64,000 nt of DNA from Sporopachydermia quercuum (Eukaryota), in assembly GCA_001599295.1 (NCBI GenBank), contig BCGN01000007.1:446433-510432 (forward strand), in the 5' to 3' direction. Under the pieces are notes generated by a model. The model worked only from the letters and a program-made list of their open reading frames with translations. It searched no databases and was not told where the DNA came from. Below, piece after piece: positions 60,796 to 64,000 of this stretch. Each line of letters opens with the position of its first letter. Within the stretch, counting starts at the first letter, position 1. The translations under genes and the position numbers were made by a program.

Positions 60796-61363
60796 CTATT
60801 TCCCACTTCCTATAGTTATCCATGAATCTCTACCTAAATTGTTCAGAGCTGCTAGCACAATTGATTCTCCTATAACTGTAAATGATGCTGTACTAGCAAT
60901 AGTATCTAACTCAAATGTATAGGACGTGATAGCACTATGGAATTCCTGCTGATCATCAATCGCTATTCTAACCCAAACAATTGGACCTATAAATTGTTTT
61001 TTACCATTGCTTAAATTTCGAATTCTTGATGGTGATGAATGTAGTAAATCAAATACAATGGCACCTCCAAATGAACCGTATAGTCTTGTTAATGCAGCTG
61101 TGAGTTTTTGCTTCCAAGTGAGTAGATCAATTGCTAGTTCTTCTTTGTTATCTAGTAATTTTTGCTGGGATTTGGAGTCAATCTTACTGCAAAACTGTCA
61201 GTAACTGTTTGATTGACGATACTGATAGATTTCAGTACATGAAGTAGGATTTTAAGTAGGAAAATTAATACGGTACTTGCTCCTGATGATAGTACAATAC
61301 TTACAGTTCGATTTGAAAGTAGTAAAACTCTGGAGAGTTCAAAGTGAGCTTTTTTATAGGCAT
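60796..61363 (-). CDS. POP8: RNase P/MRP subunit Pop8-like, 149 aa; join(61363..61305,61186..60796)
   Basis: Manual translation: MPIKKLTLNSPEFYYFQIELKIDSKSQQKLLDNKEELAIDLLTWKQKLTAALTRLYGSFGGAIVFDLL...VWVRIAIDDQQEFHSAITSY...VIGESIVLAAL..GRDSW. This matches the Pop8 pattern. Intron GTAAGT...TACTGAC...CAG. Confidence 0.8.
61187..61304 (-). other. POP8 intron (118 nt)
   Basis: GTAAGT at 61304, TACTGAC at 61203-61197, TTTTGCAG ending 61187; phase-2 junction CT|T keeps the frame. Confidence 0.85.
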
Positions 61364-61882
61364 CTTTTTGTTATGAGAAGTCTCGAATTAGCAATTCACT
61401 GTTATTGTATTGGTTGAATCATAAGAGTAGTTGGGAGGTACGCTGCTGATGTATTGATGTATTCGCATTGGCAAGATCAACAGTGGTGATGATAGCCTCT
61501 ATTAGAAACTTTCACAGCCGGAAACTAGGGAAAGTTCAATTAGAGTGAATAATAGAGAACAAAAAAAAAAATAAGAAGAAGAAAAATAAGAAGAAGAGCG
61601 ATGAATGCATTATTGTTAGAATCCGATTATTTATTGTAAGAAAAAGTGCTATAAAGGAAAGAAAAGCAATAATAAATGGAGAAATGAAATGAAAAAGGAA
61701 AATATTTCGGAGATTATAATATCACGTGGAAACATTACCTCGGATTTTACATGTTCGAATATTTCAGAGCTTTTCAGATAACTAATCATTTACTCGAAAA
61801 CCAGTACATTATTGAATTCTCTGATGTACATAGGTTAACATATAATCGATAATTATACATATTCCAGAAACCTAAGGCCATA

Positions 61883-63951
61883 CTAGTTCAAAGATTTTTG
61901 ATCATCAAACCTCAAATCCCAACCAATCTTTGGTCCTAACCTAGGTAGAACTTCGGCCACACTTTGAACATCTTTATCACCTCTACCAGAAACACAGATC
62001 ACCAAGTTTTGGTCTTTGCTCATAGTCTTAGCTAATTGAACAGCTCCATAAACAGCATGTGATGATTCTAAAGCAGGAATAATACCCTCAAATTGAGATA
62101 ACCATTTGAAGCCTAATAAAGCATCGGCATCAGTAGCAGCTACAAATTGAGCTCTGCCACTGGCTTTCCAGGCTGCGAGTTCAGGTCCAACACCAGGATA
62201 ATCTAAACCAGCAGATACTGAATGAGTGTCTTGAATTTGTCCATCTTTATTCTGTAGAACGTATGTCTTCACGCCATGGAATACACCTTTAACACCAGCT
62301 GTCAACGTAGCTGAGTGTCTATCAGTATCGAGACCATCGCCACCAGCTTCAACACCAAGTAACTTGACACTCGAATCTTTCTCAAATGGTGAAAACATAC
62401 CTGTGGAGTTACTACCACCACCAACACATGCAACCACAGCATCAGGAAGTTTGCCATCGTTCAAAGCTTTGAATTGTTCCTTTGTCTCATTACCGATAAC
62501 TGATTGGAAGGTTCTAACTAGAGTAGGGTAAGGATGAGGTCCAATAGCAGAACCTACAACGTAATGTGTAGTAGCTAGGTTAGAAACCCAGAATCTGAAA
62601 GCTTCTGAAGTTGCATCACGTAAAGTTTGAGTACCGGCTGTGATAGGAATAACCTTAGCGCCTAGTAATTTCATTCTAAATACGTTCAAAGCTTGTCTTC
62701 TTACGTCTTCAGCTCCCATAAACACTGTACATTCCAAACCAAATTTAGCTGCTGCAGTTGCAGTTGCAACACCATGTTGACCTGCCCCTGTTTCAGCAAT
62801 AACCTTGTTTTTACCTAGTCTCTTAGCAATCAATACTTGAGCCATAGCGTTATTGATCTTGTGAGAACCAGTATGGTTTAAATCTTCACGTTTTAACCAG
62901 ATCTTAGCCCCACCAGAAAATTCAGTTAATCTCGGAGCTTCATGTAAAGATGAGGGTCTTGACATATATGGATAGTATGATTTTAATTCAGCCCAGAACT
63001 CCGGATCAGCAGTTGCTGATTCAAAAGCTCTTTCGAGTTCTAATAAACACGTATGCATAGCTTCGGGAACGTATTGACCACCAAATTCACCAAATCTGGG
63101 GTTATATTTGGAACTCACATCAGCATCTGGCTTGTTTTCCAGTTCTTCAGTTGCTGCTGCACTGCCAGCACTATTACTGCTATCAATAATCTTTGGTGAC
63201 TCACCACCTTTAAGAATATCTTCAACAAAAGCTTTAGCAGCTTCTTGCCTGCTTCCTTCTGGTGCTTGTTCAATGGTGGTAACAAGCTTAGAGCCAATGA
63301 CTACACCATCAGCAGCAGCAGCAAATTTAAGGAAATGCTCTCTAGTACTAACCCCAAAACCAACAGCAAGAGGAATCTCCTTGGTGAACCTNCTGACATG
63401 TCGAACAAGCTCAGGTACACTGTCACTGACAGTTTGTAAAGCACCAGTAGTAGCCATACGGGATACAACGTAGATGAATGAATCAGCGATTTCTGCAAGT
63501 ACTTTCAATCTATCATCTTCAGTGGATGGAGCCACTAAAGGAATGTATGATATACCAACAGCGGCACATTGACCTCTAAATTTGATAGCTTCCTCAGGTG
63601 GCAAATCAACAATGATAAACCCATTTGCGCCAGCATCAAATGAATCTTGAATCATTTTTTCTTCTCCGTAATTAAGAATAGGATTATAATACCCCATAAG
63701 AACAATAGGTACGGTTACACCAGAAGCACGAGCCTTTCTAACTAATTCCAAACATAGTGGTACATTTACACCGTTTGCCAAAGCAACGTTATTTGAATGC
63801 TGAATAGTGGGTCCGTCAGCAATTGGATCTGAGAATGGAATACCTAATTCAATAACATCAACACCACCGGCTTGTAATCCTTGAAGAATCGGCACTGTCT
63901 CTACAATAGTAGGATGACCAGCGGTAACAAAGGTGACTAAGGCCGTGCGAC
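61883..63951 (-). CDS. TRP5: Tryptophan synthase (alpha-beta fusion); 3' exon only, first exon lies beyond the window
   Basis: [42 protein letters not shown] and ACVGGGSN motifs. The exon begins after TCCTAAC(63974-63968)...CAG(63952). Confidence 0.97.
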
Positions 63952-64000
63952 CTGTAATTGGAAATAAGTTAGGATTNTATGACTAGGGCTAGCATGAAAA

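Overview
This is an AT-rich eukaryotic window from a budding yeast (Saccharomycotina, inferred from the gene set and short GTATGT/GTAAGT...[N]ACTAAC...YAG introns). CTG falls at invariant Leu positions, so the standard code appears to apply. I identify 20 protein-coding genes: FAD monooxygenase, KIC1-type Ste20 kinase, PAP2 lipid phosphatase, SAM synthetase, TAF8, DSK2, a Crypton/Ndc10-like polyQ/QA protein, a Bul1-like arrestin-fold adaptor, DGA1, NBP35, Nup96/Nup145C, RPA190, FUN12, RBG1, a STYX-like DSP, UTP21, SNX3, APN2, POP8 and the 3' exon of TRP5. POP8 is absent from the ORF track, and seven of the genes have introns reconstructed by eye. The most notable observations are: (1) Nup96 encoded stand-alone, with no Nup98 GLFG/autoprotease half; (2) a probable domesticated Crypton N-terminal-domain gene; (3) discrete CCG/CGG-rich islands inside long gene bodies; (4) tandem branch-point/acceptor cassettes in the SAM synthetase leader; (5) a structured FUN12 intron. 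No tRNA, rRNA, CRISPR array or intact transposon was seen. All family calls come from motif recognition, not database searches.
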